Assembly (NCBI GenBank): GCA_963783575.1
Contig: CAWAOD010000012.1
Span: 1-64,000 of the forward strand
Source: an uncultured Spirochaetota bacterium
Lineage (GTDB): Bacteria; Spirochaetota; Brevinematia; Brevinematales; JAOACQ01
Reading direction: 5' to 3'
Length of the DNA stretch: 64,000 bases
A program made the translations under genes and the position numbers. Positions within the stretch are counted from its first letter, which is position 1. Every line of letters starts with the position of its first letter. This document shows, in pieces, positions 39,676 through 49,398 of the stretch. The notes beneath the pieces were generated by a model, which saw only the letters and a list, made by a program, of their open reading frames with translations, had not been told where the DNA came from and did not search any database.

Positions 39676-40824
39676 TCATAATAAATATCCGGAATCCATT
39701 ACAGCCCGGAACCCGTATAGAACCTCTTTAATTTCTTTTCTGGTTCCAAGGTATATCTGGCCGTCCGAAAGCATCACCAGGTTTTTTGTTCCAAGTGACA
39801 TTGTGTTGACAATCCGGATATTCTCAGTATCAGTCTCATTATACAAGTGCTCCCAGACAGAAGGAATATTAAAAGGCAGATATAATTCGGGATGAATAAA
39901 AGCCAATCTTTCATATTTATTAATAAAGAACTGAATATTTGAAAATAAATTTATTGTTTGATCATTTTTTTGAATGATAACCTGAATTTCCGGTAATAAA
40001 ATCTTATTAGAAGCATCGGTTATTAAAGATATTATTGAAGAAGTATATTTTGATAAACTTTGTAAACCCTTTGGTATCAGTATATTTTTACCAATGCAAT
40101 TAAACGTCATTGTTTTAGTGTTTTCAACAGGTGTTTCAGGAATTAAAATCAAATTATATTTATTATATTTTAAGTATTTTAATGTGGAAGTAAGGTTTTC
40201 TTTAATTTTACTATCATAAAAAATCATTTCACTTGAATTGCAGCCTTTTCCAAAATATCTGCTAAAGTAATTCATTTTTAGCCGGAAACTACTGTTGTTC
40301 GCTGAGTATTCATCGGAAATACCAATGTTTTTGAGAAGTGATTTGAAAATTGATTTTATTATTATTAACATTGGTTTATCTACAAAAATGATGGCGCTTT
40401 CACCGATAGTTATCAATTGGGTTATTAAAATTAATATTGTCAATTTAGAATCGATAAAATTATGGACCAGAAATAATTTATTTCCTTCAATATTTGTCAA
40501 TTTTAAATTTGAATAATACGGCTTTAAGCAATAAGCGGAAAAAAACAGAAATAACCCGGGGAAATATATTGCAAATAAAAACATTGATGATTCAAAATTA
40601 GATAAACGGAATAACTTTCTTGCAGTAAGTATCATATCTGTGATTTTATCCCCCTCCCCGGCCATAGAACCGCTTAATACTTCAATAACCCGTATAATAT
40701 TTTTCTGTTCGGGGGTAAAATCAGTTTTATCTTTATGGAAAAACATAAATATTTTTGTTTTAATATAAAAAAAACGGCAAAATAATGAAATGAAAAAATA
40801 AATAAATAAACTGCCGATATTCAT
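39676..40824 (-). CDS. Hypothetical protein with weak resemblance to LpxL/HtrB-type acyltransferases
   Basis: AAGGAG RBS before 40824; HNFID, IGKNILIPKG and YE...HPELY recall the acyltransferase layout. Confidence 0.4.
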   Translation of the reverse strand: MNIGSLFIYFFISLFCRFFYIKTKIFMFFHKDKTDFTPEQKNIIRVIEVLSGSMAGEGDKITDMILTARKLFRLSNFESSMFLFAIYFPGLFLFFSAYCLKPYYSNLKLTNIEGNKLFLVHNFIDSKLTILILITQLITIGESAIIFVDKPMLIIIKSIFKSLLKNIGISDEYSANNSSFRLKMNYFSRYFGKGCNSSEMIFYDSKIKENLTSTLKYLKYNKYNLILIPETPVENTKTMTFNCIGKNILIPKGLQSLSKYTSSIISLITDASNKILLPEIQVIIQKNDQTINLFSNIQFFINKYERLAFIHPELYLPFNIPSVWEHLYNETDTENIRIVNTMSLGTKNLVMLSDGQIYLGTRKEIKEVLYGFRAVMDSGYLL

Positions 40825-41050
40825 ATTTATTTCTCCTTGAAACCGTATTGAAGCATAAACTCCAATTAAAATACAAGGGGCTTCCTCATTATTAATCCTT
40901 TGGCAAATGAGTGGGGTTGGATACATTAATAGGCAGGCTGGTTAGGTGGGGGGTACTTTACCATGCTTGGACCTAAAACAATACGTATCCATTTACATAT
41001 TACCAAAAAATAATCTTTGGATAGCCCCGTTGTATTAGATTTTTAGATTA

Positions 41051-41230
41051 TTAACATAATGCATCCGTCTTTTTACATAACAGTTTACTTCTATTAAAAG
41101 TTTCAAATACGCAAGCATAGGGTTCTTTCAGATCATTAAGGTCGATCCTTTTTAATTTGCTAATGTTTTTTAACAAGTATTCATTAGCACTATTTAGATT
41201 TTCAACAATACCGACTACTGCACCTTTCAT
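41051..41230 (-). CDS. Unannotated 59-aa protein with three C-terminal cysteines
   Basis: AAGGAG RBS; MKGAVVGIVENLNSANEYLLKNISKLKRIDLNDLKEPYACVFETFNRSKLLCKKTDALC*. Confidence 0.6.
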   Translation of the reverse strand: MKGAVVGIVENLNSANEYLLKNISKLKRIDLNDLKEPYACVFETFNRSKLLCKKTDALC

Positions 41231-41301
41231 AACACAACTCCTTAATTTTATTTATAATTGAAACTGTGTTTATTATGTTTGGAGTCGTGTGGTGAGTCAA
41301 T

Positions 41302-41339
41302 AGTACTTTAGGTAACAATTTTAATGGTACTAAAGTACT
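41302..41339. promoter_or_regulatory. Inverted-repeat operator candidate
   Basis: AGTACTTTAG-N18-CTAAAGTACT between the LuxR-type gene and the small ORF. Confidence 0.6.
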
Positions 41340-41366
41340 TTTCTTAATTTAAAAGGATATTGTAAG

Positions 41367-42302
41367 CTAAAAAAATTGTGCTATAGAATTAATTAATTCA
41401 GTACGGCTTTTAATCTTCATCTTCTGATAAATATTGTAGATATGATTTTTGACAGTCTGAGTTGCAATGAAAAGATGATCGGCTATTTCCTGATTAGAGT
41501 ATCCTTTTAGAATGAGGGATATTATTTCAAATTCCTTTTCCGATATAAGAAACTCTTTTACAAATGACTCGGGAATTCTAACGCTTGGAAGAATATTGAT
41601 TTTTGTGATAAAGTATTGAATAACATATATAATACTTATTATATTCCAGGATAAATAATAAATACTAGAGAAAGTAAATCCTAATGGTAAAATTTTCCAA
41701 TCAAGCTGTGTCTTTAAATGAATAAAATCTAAAAGAAGGCCAGGAAGAAATAATATACTCAGAAAGAAAATGCTGTTCAATATTTTTTTATTGACTTCAT
41801 TTTCAATCTTAGTTTTATAATACCATAGAAGATAAAGTATGTAAAATATTATGGGAATAAGTGAAGGTGTAGCAATGACATTAAGCTCAAATTTAAGAAT
41901 ATTATTAATTACCAACAATTTATTATTAGTTAAAAAAGGAATAACAAGCATTATATAAATAATTGATGTCAGAAAAATAAAAACATATTTTTTAAAACCA
42001 CTAAACCCTAATCCAAGTAGTTGATGAATAAAAAGAGGCATATAATATACGAATAAACCTAACCAGATAAAGTACATTGTATAAATAAAAATAAAATGAT
42101 ATTCGTTATTATTATTAATTATTGTTGCCGAATATGTTGAAAAAAAAGCAATAATAATGTAAAAAGTAAATAGGAATAAAAAAATCAAATAACTTTTAAT
42201 TATTTGTATTTTGTATTTTAAATAAACAATAAAAAATAAAAGTGTTGCTGCGATACCTACAGAAAAAGATATGATATATATAAAAATAACAAAATGACGC
42301 AT
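41367..42302 (-). CDS. Multi-TM sensor fused to a LuxR-type HTH
   Basis: About 7 TM segments; ISEKEFEII..GYSNQEIA..TVKNHIYNIYQK. Confidence 0.88.
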   Translation of the reverse strand: MRHFVIFIYIISFSVGIAATLLFFIVYLKYKIQIIKSYLIFLFLFTFYIIIAFFSTYSATIINNNNEYHFIFIYTMYFIWLGLFVYYMPLFIHQLLGLGFSGFKKYVFIFLTSIIYIMLVIPFLTNNKLLVINNILKFELNVIATPSLIPIIFYILYLLWYYKTKIENEVNKKILNSIFFLSILFLPGLLLDFIHLKTQLDWKILPLGFTFSSIYYLSWNIISIIYVIQYFITKINILPSVRIPESFVKEFLISEKEFEIISLILKGYSNQEIADHLFIATQTVKNHIYNIYQKMKIKSRTELINSIAQFF

Positions 42303-42535
42303 CGCTGACTCCAGTATTGCATCAGAACACTTTGCACATTGCATTTAGCATCGATACTTATTATATCATACTTTAAACCCATGTCAATATTATTATTATT
42401 ATAGTTCATCAGTTCATGCTTCAAATAAACCTATAAATAAACAATCCTCAGGTTTGACTTTTTATATCAAATATATTATATTGTATAATTGTTATATCAT
42501 GAAACAAACTTGAAAACATTTATTAGGAGTATTTA

Positions 42536-43897
42536 ATGAAAAGAATATTAATCTCATTATCGGTACTGATTCTTGCAGGAAATATCTTCGCGGAGATAAG
42601 GACAGTCACACTCTCCAACGCCATCGAACTTGCACTTCGTAACAATCTGTCTATAGCGAAAACAGAAAAAGAAATAGAAATAGCGGAAGCACAATACAGC
42701 GAGTCTCTGGCGGATTTTGCTATGCCATCGATCAATGGCACAGCCACTTTCACCGAACTGGATCCTCAAACTGTCCAGGACGGAATTATGAGTCTTGATC
42801 TCCCCTTAGGGACAAGGACCTTCTCTTTGGTAATGACCAATGTTTATCCCGACAATTACCACACTGGTATTTCAATAACAAAGCCTCTTTTTGCCGGATT
42901 TAAGCTTTGGAATTTAATGTCTGTAAGAAAGGATTATCTGGAACTGGCGAAAGCAAAATTCAAAGACATGAAAAGCGAGGTGGTTTCAAGCGTTACGATT
43001 TCTTTTTATAACCTTTTTCTAATTAAGGAAACCATTAAAAGCCAGGAGGATTATACCCTGTCGCTTAAAGACCATGTGACCTATACGAGCAATAATTATG
43101 TTTCAGGGAATGCTACCGAGTACGATTTTATAACAGCCAATCTCAGGTACAAGCTCAATATCCCGAAATTGACCGACCTGTCGAATAATTATAAAAATGA
43201 AAAGCTTTTATTCTGCCAGCAGATAGGTATAAATGATCCTAAGTCAGTGGAGATCATCGGCGACTTACAGGATACCACAAACATATCGCTCCCTTTAACA
43301 AATAATGATGAAATCCTCAATATGGCTTTTTCAAACGATATAAACCTTTTAAATATCGACACTTCCATAAAAATTGCAAAACTTTCAAAGGAGATAGCGA
43401 AAGGCGGTATGTACCCAACGCTTGGTGCTTTCTTCAACTATGGGTACGACCTCAGTAAAACCAATTCTTTCTCCACGGTAGACAGAACCTGGAACAGTTC
43501 CTGGAGTGCGGGCCTTCAATTGTCAATGTCTTTTGACAGCCTTATTCCTGTAGTATCGAAAACCTGGAATAGCGTACGGGAGGCTGAGAAGAATATCGAG
43601 TCGCTTGAATTGCAGAGAAGCATGGCAACAAACTCAATAACCCTGCAGGTTCAATCCCTTCTTCTCCAGCTTGAAGAAGGCAGGGAGAATATAAGCGTTT
43701 CCCTGGATGATATTAATCTGGCAAAACTCGGTCTTCGCCTTGCCGACGCGAGATACAAGGCCGGAAACTCGACCGAGCTTGAAGTTGTTGACGCGGAGAA
43801 TTCAGTGGTCGAAGCAGAGGCCAGGTGGTTTAAAACGATTTTCGATTATTACAGCTCAAATATCAGGCTTAACCGCCTTATAGGCAAATTGGATTAA
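42536..43897 (+). CDS. TolC-family outer membrane efflux protein
   Basis: Signal peptide, AIELALRNN, PLFAG, RYKAG..TELEV. Confidence 0.9.
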   Translation: MKRILISLSVLILAGNIFAEIRTVTLSNAIELALRNNLSIAKTEKEIEIAEAQYSESLADFAMPSINGTATFTELDPQTVQDGIMSLDLPLGTRTFSLVMTNVYPDNYHTGISITKPLFAGFKLWNLMSVRKDYLELAKAKFKDMKSEVVSSVTISFYNLFLIKETIKSQEDYTLSLKDHVTYTSNNYVSGNATEYDFITANLRYKLNIPKLTDLSNNYKNEKLLFCQQIGINDPKSVEIIGDLQDTTNISLPLTNNDEILNMAFSNDINLLNIDTSIKIAKLSKEIAKGGMYPTLGAFFNYGYDLSKTNSFSTVDRTWNSSWSAGLQLSMSFDSLIPVVSKTWNSVREAEKNIESLELQRSMATNSITLQVQSLLLQLEEGRENISVSLDDINLAKLGLRLADARYKAGNSTELEVVDAENSVVEAEARWFKTIFDYYSSNIRLNRLIGKLD

Positions 43898-43927
43898 TAT
43901 ATATTTTATATAATCTAAGAGGTATTT

Positions 43928-44398
43928 ATGATCGAATCCGACATTGATAAACTGGTAGATTCTTTCGCGACTCTTATCCCGGTATTTATGAAAGCCGTAA
44001 AGCAGGTCATGTCCGAAGTGCTCCTGAATCACGATATTTCCAATGTTCATATGCAGATAATGTTTATTCTGCAGCATGAGGGGCAACTTAATATGTCGGC
44101 ACTCGGTAAAAAAATAATGGCCCCGAAACCCAATGTTACCGTTTTCATAGATAAATTGATAAAAATGGGCTACGTTGAGCGTTTATACAATGATTCCGAC
44201 CGGAGAATTATTTCCGTGAGACTCACGGAATCAGGCCATAACAGAGTCACCGAGTATATGAAAGAAATGAAAAAGTATTTCAGGCAGATGCTGAACAGGT
44301 ATAGTGAAGAAGACCTTGAAATACTTAAAACCTCAATTGAAAACTTAAATCACTATATTGAAAAATATAAGTATAATAAGGAGAAGAATAATGGCTGA
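43928..44398 (+). CDS. MarR-family regulator
   Basis: L..MGYVER..DRR..V.LT..G. Confidence 0.9.
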   Translation: MIESDIDKLVDSFATLIPVFMKAVKQVMSEVLLNHDISNVHMQIMFILQHEGQLNMSALGKKIMAPKPNVTVFIDKLIKMGYVERLYNDSDRRIISVRLTESGHNRVTEYMKEMKKYFRQMLNRYSEEDLEILKTSIENLNHYIEKYKYNKEKNNG

Positions 44399-45326
44399 TA
44401 TAGCTAATGAATCGAAGAAAAGAAGCGGAAATAATAAATTTCTTATAGGTTTAATTATATTGATTGTTTTGATTGCGGGCGGATGGTTCTGGTACGTTTT
44501 CATAAACAGTTCCCTAACCATAGACGACGCTTATATAGACAGGGACAAGGTTTCTATCAGCCCTAAAATGCTAGGGAAAATCTCGAAAATATACGTTCAG
44601 GAAGGTGACCGGGTAACAAACGGACAACTGCTTGTCGAACTCGATAAGTCGTTCCTGACAGCCCAGGAGAAACAGGCTAAGGCCGCTTATAATGTAGCCC
44701 TGGGAAACATTGAGTCCGTAAGAATAAATCTTGAACGTGCACAGGATGATTATACCCGCGCCGATACTCAGTTTAAAAGCTCGGTCATTACCGTTGAGCA
44801 GTATTCACATGCGAAAAAGGCGCTTGAGGCTGCAAACGCTTCGTATTCAGTAGCCGTCAGCCAGGCAAACATGTCTATGGCCCAGCTCAATATTACAAAG
44901 GTTAATCTTAACGATGCCTCGCTCTATTCGCCATATAATGGAGTCGTCGCCAAGAAATGGCTCATGGAAGGCGATGTCGCCCAGCCGGGCGAAGCTATCC
45001 TGACTGTAAATGATATGGAAGATATCTGGGTAACGGCGAATATAGAAGAGGTCAATCTGTCAAGCTTCAGGGTCGGTAAGGAAGTCTCAATACATATTGA
45101 TGCGTACCCCGGTATTCATTTAAAGGGAAAAGTCAGGGAAATAGGGACAGATACAGGTTCACAGTTCTCGCTGGTACCTCCCAATAATGCTTCAGGAAAC
45201 TTTACAAAGGTTACGCAAAGAATACCTGTAAAAATATCAATCGATACAAATAATCCGTCAATCCGTTCTTCGGCAAATTTTTTGCCGGGAATGTCGGTTG
45301 AGGTTATGATTAAAAAAAGAGGGTAA
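44391..45326 (+). CDS. emrA: EmrA-like efflux adaptor
   Basis: DDAY, FSLVPPNNASGNFTKVTQRIPVKI. Confidence 0.9.
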   Translation: MADIANESKKRSGNNKFLIGLIILIVLIAGGWFWYVFINSSLTIDDAYIDRDKVSISPKMLGKISKIYVQEGDRVTNGQLLVELDKSFLTAQEKQAKAAYNVALGNIESVRINLERAQDDYTRADTQFKSSVITVEQYSHAKKALEAANASYSVAVSQANMSMAQLNITKVNLNDASLYSPYNGVVAKKWLMEGDVAQPGEAILTVNDMEDIWVTANIEEVNLSSFRVGKEVSIHIDAYPGIHLKGKVREIGTDTGSQFSLVPPNNASGNFTKVTQRIPVKISIDTNNPSIRSSANFLPGMSVEVMIKKRG

Positions 45327-45335
45327 AATAATTTT

Positions 45336-46967
45336 ATGCCTGGAAATAGCCAATTCAGAAGAGGCAGAGGCTTTCTGCCGCGTGCAAATCATGATCATGG
45401 TTTTTATAAATGGCTCGTTCTTGTCAACATTATGGTCGGAACATTTATGGCTGTATTAGACTCAACAATCGTCAATGTAGGTCTTACAAATATAATGAAC
45501 ACCTTTGGAACAAGCGTTGACAAAATAGAATGGATAATGACGGCATATATGCTGGTAATGGCGGTAATGCTGCCCGCTTCCGGCTGGATAGCCGACCATT
45601 TCGGCTATAAGAGGAGTTATTTCGCAGCCCTGTTTTTTTTCACTCTGGGATCGTTGCTTTGCGGGTTTGCCTGGAATGAAACAATTTTGATCGCATTCCG
45701 TGTCATCCAGGGTTTAGGAGCAGGCCTGCTTATGCCTGTCGGTATGGCCATTCTCACCAGGACCTTCCCGCCTGAAAAAAGAGGTATGGCCCTGGGTTTC
45801 TGGGGTATTGCGTCCGCCGCTTCAGTTTCTTTCGGTCCTGTAATCGGCGGGTACCTAATAGATAATTTCAGCTGGCATGCTATATTCCTTGTTAATATCC
45901 CGGTCGGCATATTAGGGCTTGCGGCCACAATCATTATCCAGAAGGAATACAAAACTGAAAACATACGTTCGTTTGATTTTGGAGGAGCCATCTCAATGGG
46001 AATTTTCCTGACATCTTTCCTTCTCGCGCTTGCCTGCGGAAATTCCTCATGGAATACTGGCGGATGGCATTCCAATTTTATAATAACCTGTTTTGTATTG
46101 TCAGCCATCGGTTTTGCCGTCTTCCTTTACATTGACCTGCGCATTGAACACCCAATTGTAGAGTTGAGACTTCTTAAGGATTTTAACTTTTCAATTGCAA
46201 ATATAGTTTTCTTTATTTTCGGCTTTGGAATGTTCGGGAGTACCTTCCTTCTTCCATTATTTTTGCAGAACTCCCTGGGATATACCGCTTTACAGGCCGG
46301 GCTGGTTTTCCTTCCGGTTGGTGTAATACAGGCTATACTTTCTCCTGTTTCAGGGATTGTATCGGATAGAATTAATCCAAAAATTCCGGCTTTCATAGGA
46401 ATAGGAGCACTTGGCATCGGCCTTTATATGCAGAATTTTCTCTCTCTGGATTCAAGCAACTTTCAGATAATACTGCCCCTTATAGTACGGGGAATAGGCA
46501 TGGGAATGATCATGGCGCCTCTCGGAACACTGGCCATGGGTAAGTTGCCGCCGCAAAAACTCGCCCAGGCATCGGGGCTTTTTAATGTAATACGCCAACT
46601 TGGAGGCAGCTTCGGCGTCGCGGTTATGGGAACTATCCTTTCACACCAGGTTGTCGTCCACTCCGCAAATTATTTTCAGGCGGTAAAGAGGTATTCACCA
46701 ACTTTTAAGAATTCAGTTCTTTCAATGAGGACAATGATCGAGCAATTCTCGGGAAAAAGCATGAAAGAAGCCCTCTCTATTTCTCAGATGTCCATCTTAC
46801 AGAATGTTGCAAATCAGGCTTTCGTTAAATCAATCTGCGATGATTTTCTTATCGCAGGTCTGGCGACTTTTCTTAGTCTCATCCCGCTCTTAATGATAAG
46901 ATATCATAAGAAGCAAACCGGCAAAGGTTCTGCGAGAAGCGCCGAAAGCCCTCCCGATCTCGGTTGA
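45336..46967 (+). CDS. emrB: EmrB-like DHA2 MFS transporter
   Basis: FMAVLDSTIVNV, FRVIQGLG, GPVIGG, RQLGGSFG. Confidence 0.92.
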   Translation: MPGNSQFRRGRGFLPRANHDHGFYKWLVLVNIMVGTFMAVLDSTIVNVGLTNIMNTFGTSVDKIEWIMTAYMLVMAVMLPASGWIADHFGYKRSYFAALFFFTLGSLLCGFAWNETILIAFRVIQGLGAGLLMPVGMAILTRTFPPEKRGMALGFWGIASAASVSFGPVIGGYLIDNFSWHAIFLVNIPVGILGLAATIIIQKEYKTENIRSFDFGGAISMGIFLTSFLLALACGNSSWNTGGWHSNFIITCFVLSAIGFAVFLYIDLRIEHPIVELRLLKDFNFSIANIVFFIFGFGMFGSTFLLPLFLQNSLGYTALQAGLVFLPVGVIQAILSPVSGIVSDRINPKIPAFIGIGALGIGLYMQNFLSLDSSNFQIILPLIVRGIGMGMIMAPLGTLAMGKLPPQKLAQASGLFNVIRQLGGSFGVAVMGTILSHQVVVHSANYFQAVKRYSPTFKNSVLSMRTMIEQFSGKSMKEALSISQMSILQNVANQAFVKSICDDFLIAGLATFLSLIPLLMIRYHKKQTGKGSARSAESPPDLG

Positions 46968-46994
46968 GGTTGATTCCGGAAGTTTATAATACGG

Positions 46995-48002
46995 CTATAT
47001 TTCTACTTCCATATGTGGCATTCCAATTATAAAAGAAGCAATTGTTTTATTGCCGGAGGAATAAGGCACATTCACTTTTCCGTATGTTCCATAGATGCTT
47101 CTATTAGCTTCAATAACAAAGGCACACTGAATATAACCCATCCCGGCAGAAAAACGAAGGTTGTCCGGTTCTTCTTCTTTTTTAAATGTTGAACGTAATT
47201 GCTGATAAACTGTTGCATAATAGGGATAAAACGAGGTATGAGTTCCGGCTGACATTAGCAGGAAATATGGACAGGAATTCCAGTAATCATCAAAACTCTC
47301 ATCAAATGTTTTTCCCCAGAGATTTTCAAACCTATCTTCGGAATATTCCGGTAAAAACAAATTCTTTATATAAACAGATAATTCGGAATAAGGACGCATT
47401 TCGAATTCCTGCCGTAAATCAAAATCAGATAATTCACATCCTAATTTAATTTTGTTTTCAACCATTTTTTGAATGGAAGGGTTGATATTTCCGTAATTTT
47501 CAATCTCAAAATATAAAAGATTATCTTTTAAAAATATATTTAAATTCACAGATATTTCCGGGTAATGATAAAGCAATGGAATATCACTGTTTCCAAGCTG
47601 CAGTTTCTCTTTTAAAATTTTACCCATCAAATCAAGAGGGGCATGCAATTCATCAGGTTTTATCAAACCCGCCTTTTTAGCTATAATAGTAGCATTTTCC
47701 TTTTCAGCGTTCTTTACAAGCTCACGGAGAAGAGGATCTATTTTAAAAGAAACATCCTTGATGAAAATATCCGAAATTCTGTGAATTGCTTTAAGCACAA
47801 ATGGAGCCTGAGAAGAATAAAATTTCAAACAAACTCTTTTTTCGTTTTTAACAAGCTTAAATATTTCATTAAATCCCCAATCTTCCGGGCTTAAACTATT
47901 GAGAAGAATTTTTTTTCCTGCCACGGATAAAACTAAGGGGTAATGAATATAATTTGATTTTTGAGAATTTCCGGAGGCAGCGTTTGTCTTTATTCCATCC
48001 AT
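46995..48002 (-). CDS. Hypothetical protein with GHKL/HATPase-like motifs
   Basis: RELVKNA (N box), IENYG, SAGMG (G2-like). Confidence 0.5.
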   Translation of the reverse strand: MDGIKTNAASGNSQKSNYIHYPLVLSVAGKKILLNSLSPEDWGFNEIFKLVKNEKRVCLKFYSSQAPFVLKAIHRISDIFIKDVSFKIDPLLRELVKNAEKENATIIAKKAGLIKPDELHAPLDLMGKILKEKLQLGNSDIPLLYHYPEISVNLNIFLKDNLLYFEIENYGNINPSIQKMVENKIKLGCELSDFDLRQEFEMRPYSELSVYIKNLFLPEYSEDRFENLWGKTFDESFDDYWNSCPYFLLMSAGTHTSFYPYYATVYQQLRSTFKKEEEPDNLRFSAGMGYIQCAFVIEANRSIYGTYGKVNVPYSSGNKTIASFIIGMPHMEVEI

Positions 48003-48213
48003 AATTAACCCTGTAACTCTGATTTATTTAATAACAAGTAAATTTATTATTTGAAAAACAATTTACCAGATATTTTATTATATATGAAAAATACATTTTC
48101 TTCAATAATATTTTTATCTAATTATAATTCCCGGATTATAGGAATAAAATGCTTGAAATTTTAAATCGGGCAATTTAAAATTAATTCAAATTAAAAATTG
48201 GGAGGATCGGGAA

Positions 48214-48618
48214 ATGAAAAATTTTCATGAGTTTTCTATAAGGACCAAACAAAGGAATGATTTTTATAATATTACGTCCGAAGTTGCAGGATGCATAAGG
48301 GAATCTGGAATTAACGAAGGAATATGTTTTGTTTTCGTTCCTCATACAACTGCAGGTGTAACAATAAACGAAAACGCAGACCCGGATGTAACCATGGACT
48401 TAACCGGCCACTTAAAAAAAGTCGTACCGGCCGATTCTAACTTCGCCCATTCGGAAGGCAACTCTGACGCTCATATTAAAACAAGCCTTGTCGGTTCATC
48501 GCTATCGATAATAATAAAGGAAGGAAAACCGTATTTAGGCATATGGCAGGGAATATATTTTGCAGAATTCGACAGACCAAGGGCCCGCAAATATGCGGTA
48601 AAATGTATTGAGGGATAA
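48214..48618 (+). CDS. yjbQ: YjbQ-family protein
   Basis: HTTAGVTINENADP, HSEGNSDAHIK, LGIWQGIYFAEFD. Confidence 0.92.
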   Translation: MKNFHEFSIRTKQRNDFYNITSEVAGCIRESGINEGICFVFVPHTTAGVTINENADPDVTMDLTGHLKKVVPADSNFAHSEGNSDAHIKTSLVGSSLSIIIKEGKPYLGIWQGIYFAEFDRPRARKYAVKCIEG

Positions 48619-48626
48619 ATATTAAA

Positions 48627-48644
48627 TCAAGCGGCACGCTTGTT
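48627..48644. repeat. Minimal REP-like hairpin, identical to 62793-62810
   Basis: TCAAGCGGCACGCTTGTT abutting a TAA stop. Confidence 0.75.
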
Positions 48645-49323
48645 ATAAATTGCCTTTAATGAATTTGCCGTTATTATAATTATATAAAACCGGCTTGCCC
48701 GTTGCTAGCTCAAGTTCAATAACTTCAGTCTCGTTAAGCTTTTCCAGGTACATCACAATAGACCTCAGACTATTACCATGAGCTGATATCAATATGTTTT
48801 TATCATCCTCCAGCTGCGGAACAATCCTTTCGACAAAAAAAGGGATTGTCCTTAAAGCCGTGTCTTTAAGAGCCTCGCCGCCCGGAGGCGGGACATCATA
48901 ACTCCTCCGCCAGATATGAACCTGGTTTTCTCCATAGATTGCTGCCGTTTCCGCTTTGTTCTTACCCTGCAGTTCGCCATAATATCTTTCATTTAACCGC
49001 CAATCCCTGAATACCGGAATAAGCTCTTTTTCAATTTCCGGGTTATAAATTTTAGACCATTCCGTCATTTTTCCTTCCTCGTTATGAATAACCCTTGGAA
49101 CCTTTGAAGATTTATTTTTTGAAAGCACAAGCAGCAATGTTTCCATAGCCCTTACAAGGGTTGAAGTAAAAACGGCATCAAATTCCAGTTTCGAAATGAT
49201 GCCGCCGGCGTTCAAGGCTTCCTCAATTCCTTTCACGGAAAGCGGAACATCAACCCAGCCGGTAAATACATTTTTACTGTTCCAAACAGATTCGCCATGC
49301 CGGAGTAAAACTAAATACGGCAT
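48643..49323 (-). CDS. gpmA: 2,3-BPG-dependent phosphoglycerate mutase
   Basis: LRHGESVWN, FTGWVDV, LNERYYGELQG, AHGNSLR. Confidence 0.95.
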   Translation of the reverse strand: MPYLVLLRHGESVWNSKNVFTGWVDVPLSVKGIEEALNAGGIISKLEFDAVFTSTLVRAMETLLLVLSKNKSSKVPRVIHNEEGKMTEWSKIYNPEIEKELIPVFRDWRLNERYYGELQGKNKAETAAIYGENQVHIWRRSYDVPPPGGEALKDTALRTIPFFVERIVPQLEDDKNILISAHGNSLRSIVMYLEKLNETEVIELELATGKPVLYNYNNGKFIKGNL

Positions 49324-49398
49324 AAAATCAATTTACCTTCCTTGTTTTATTTTTATTTAAATCAAATTCAAAAATAATGTTTCAAAACTGAAAATCAT

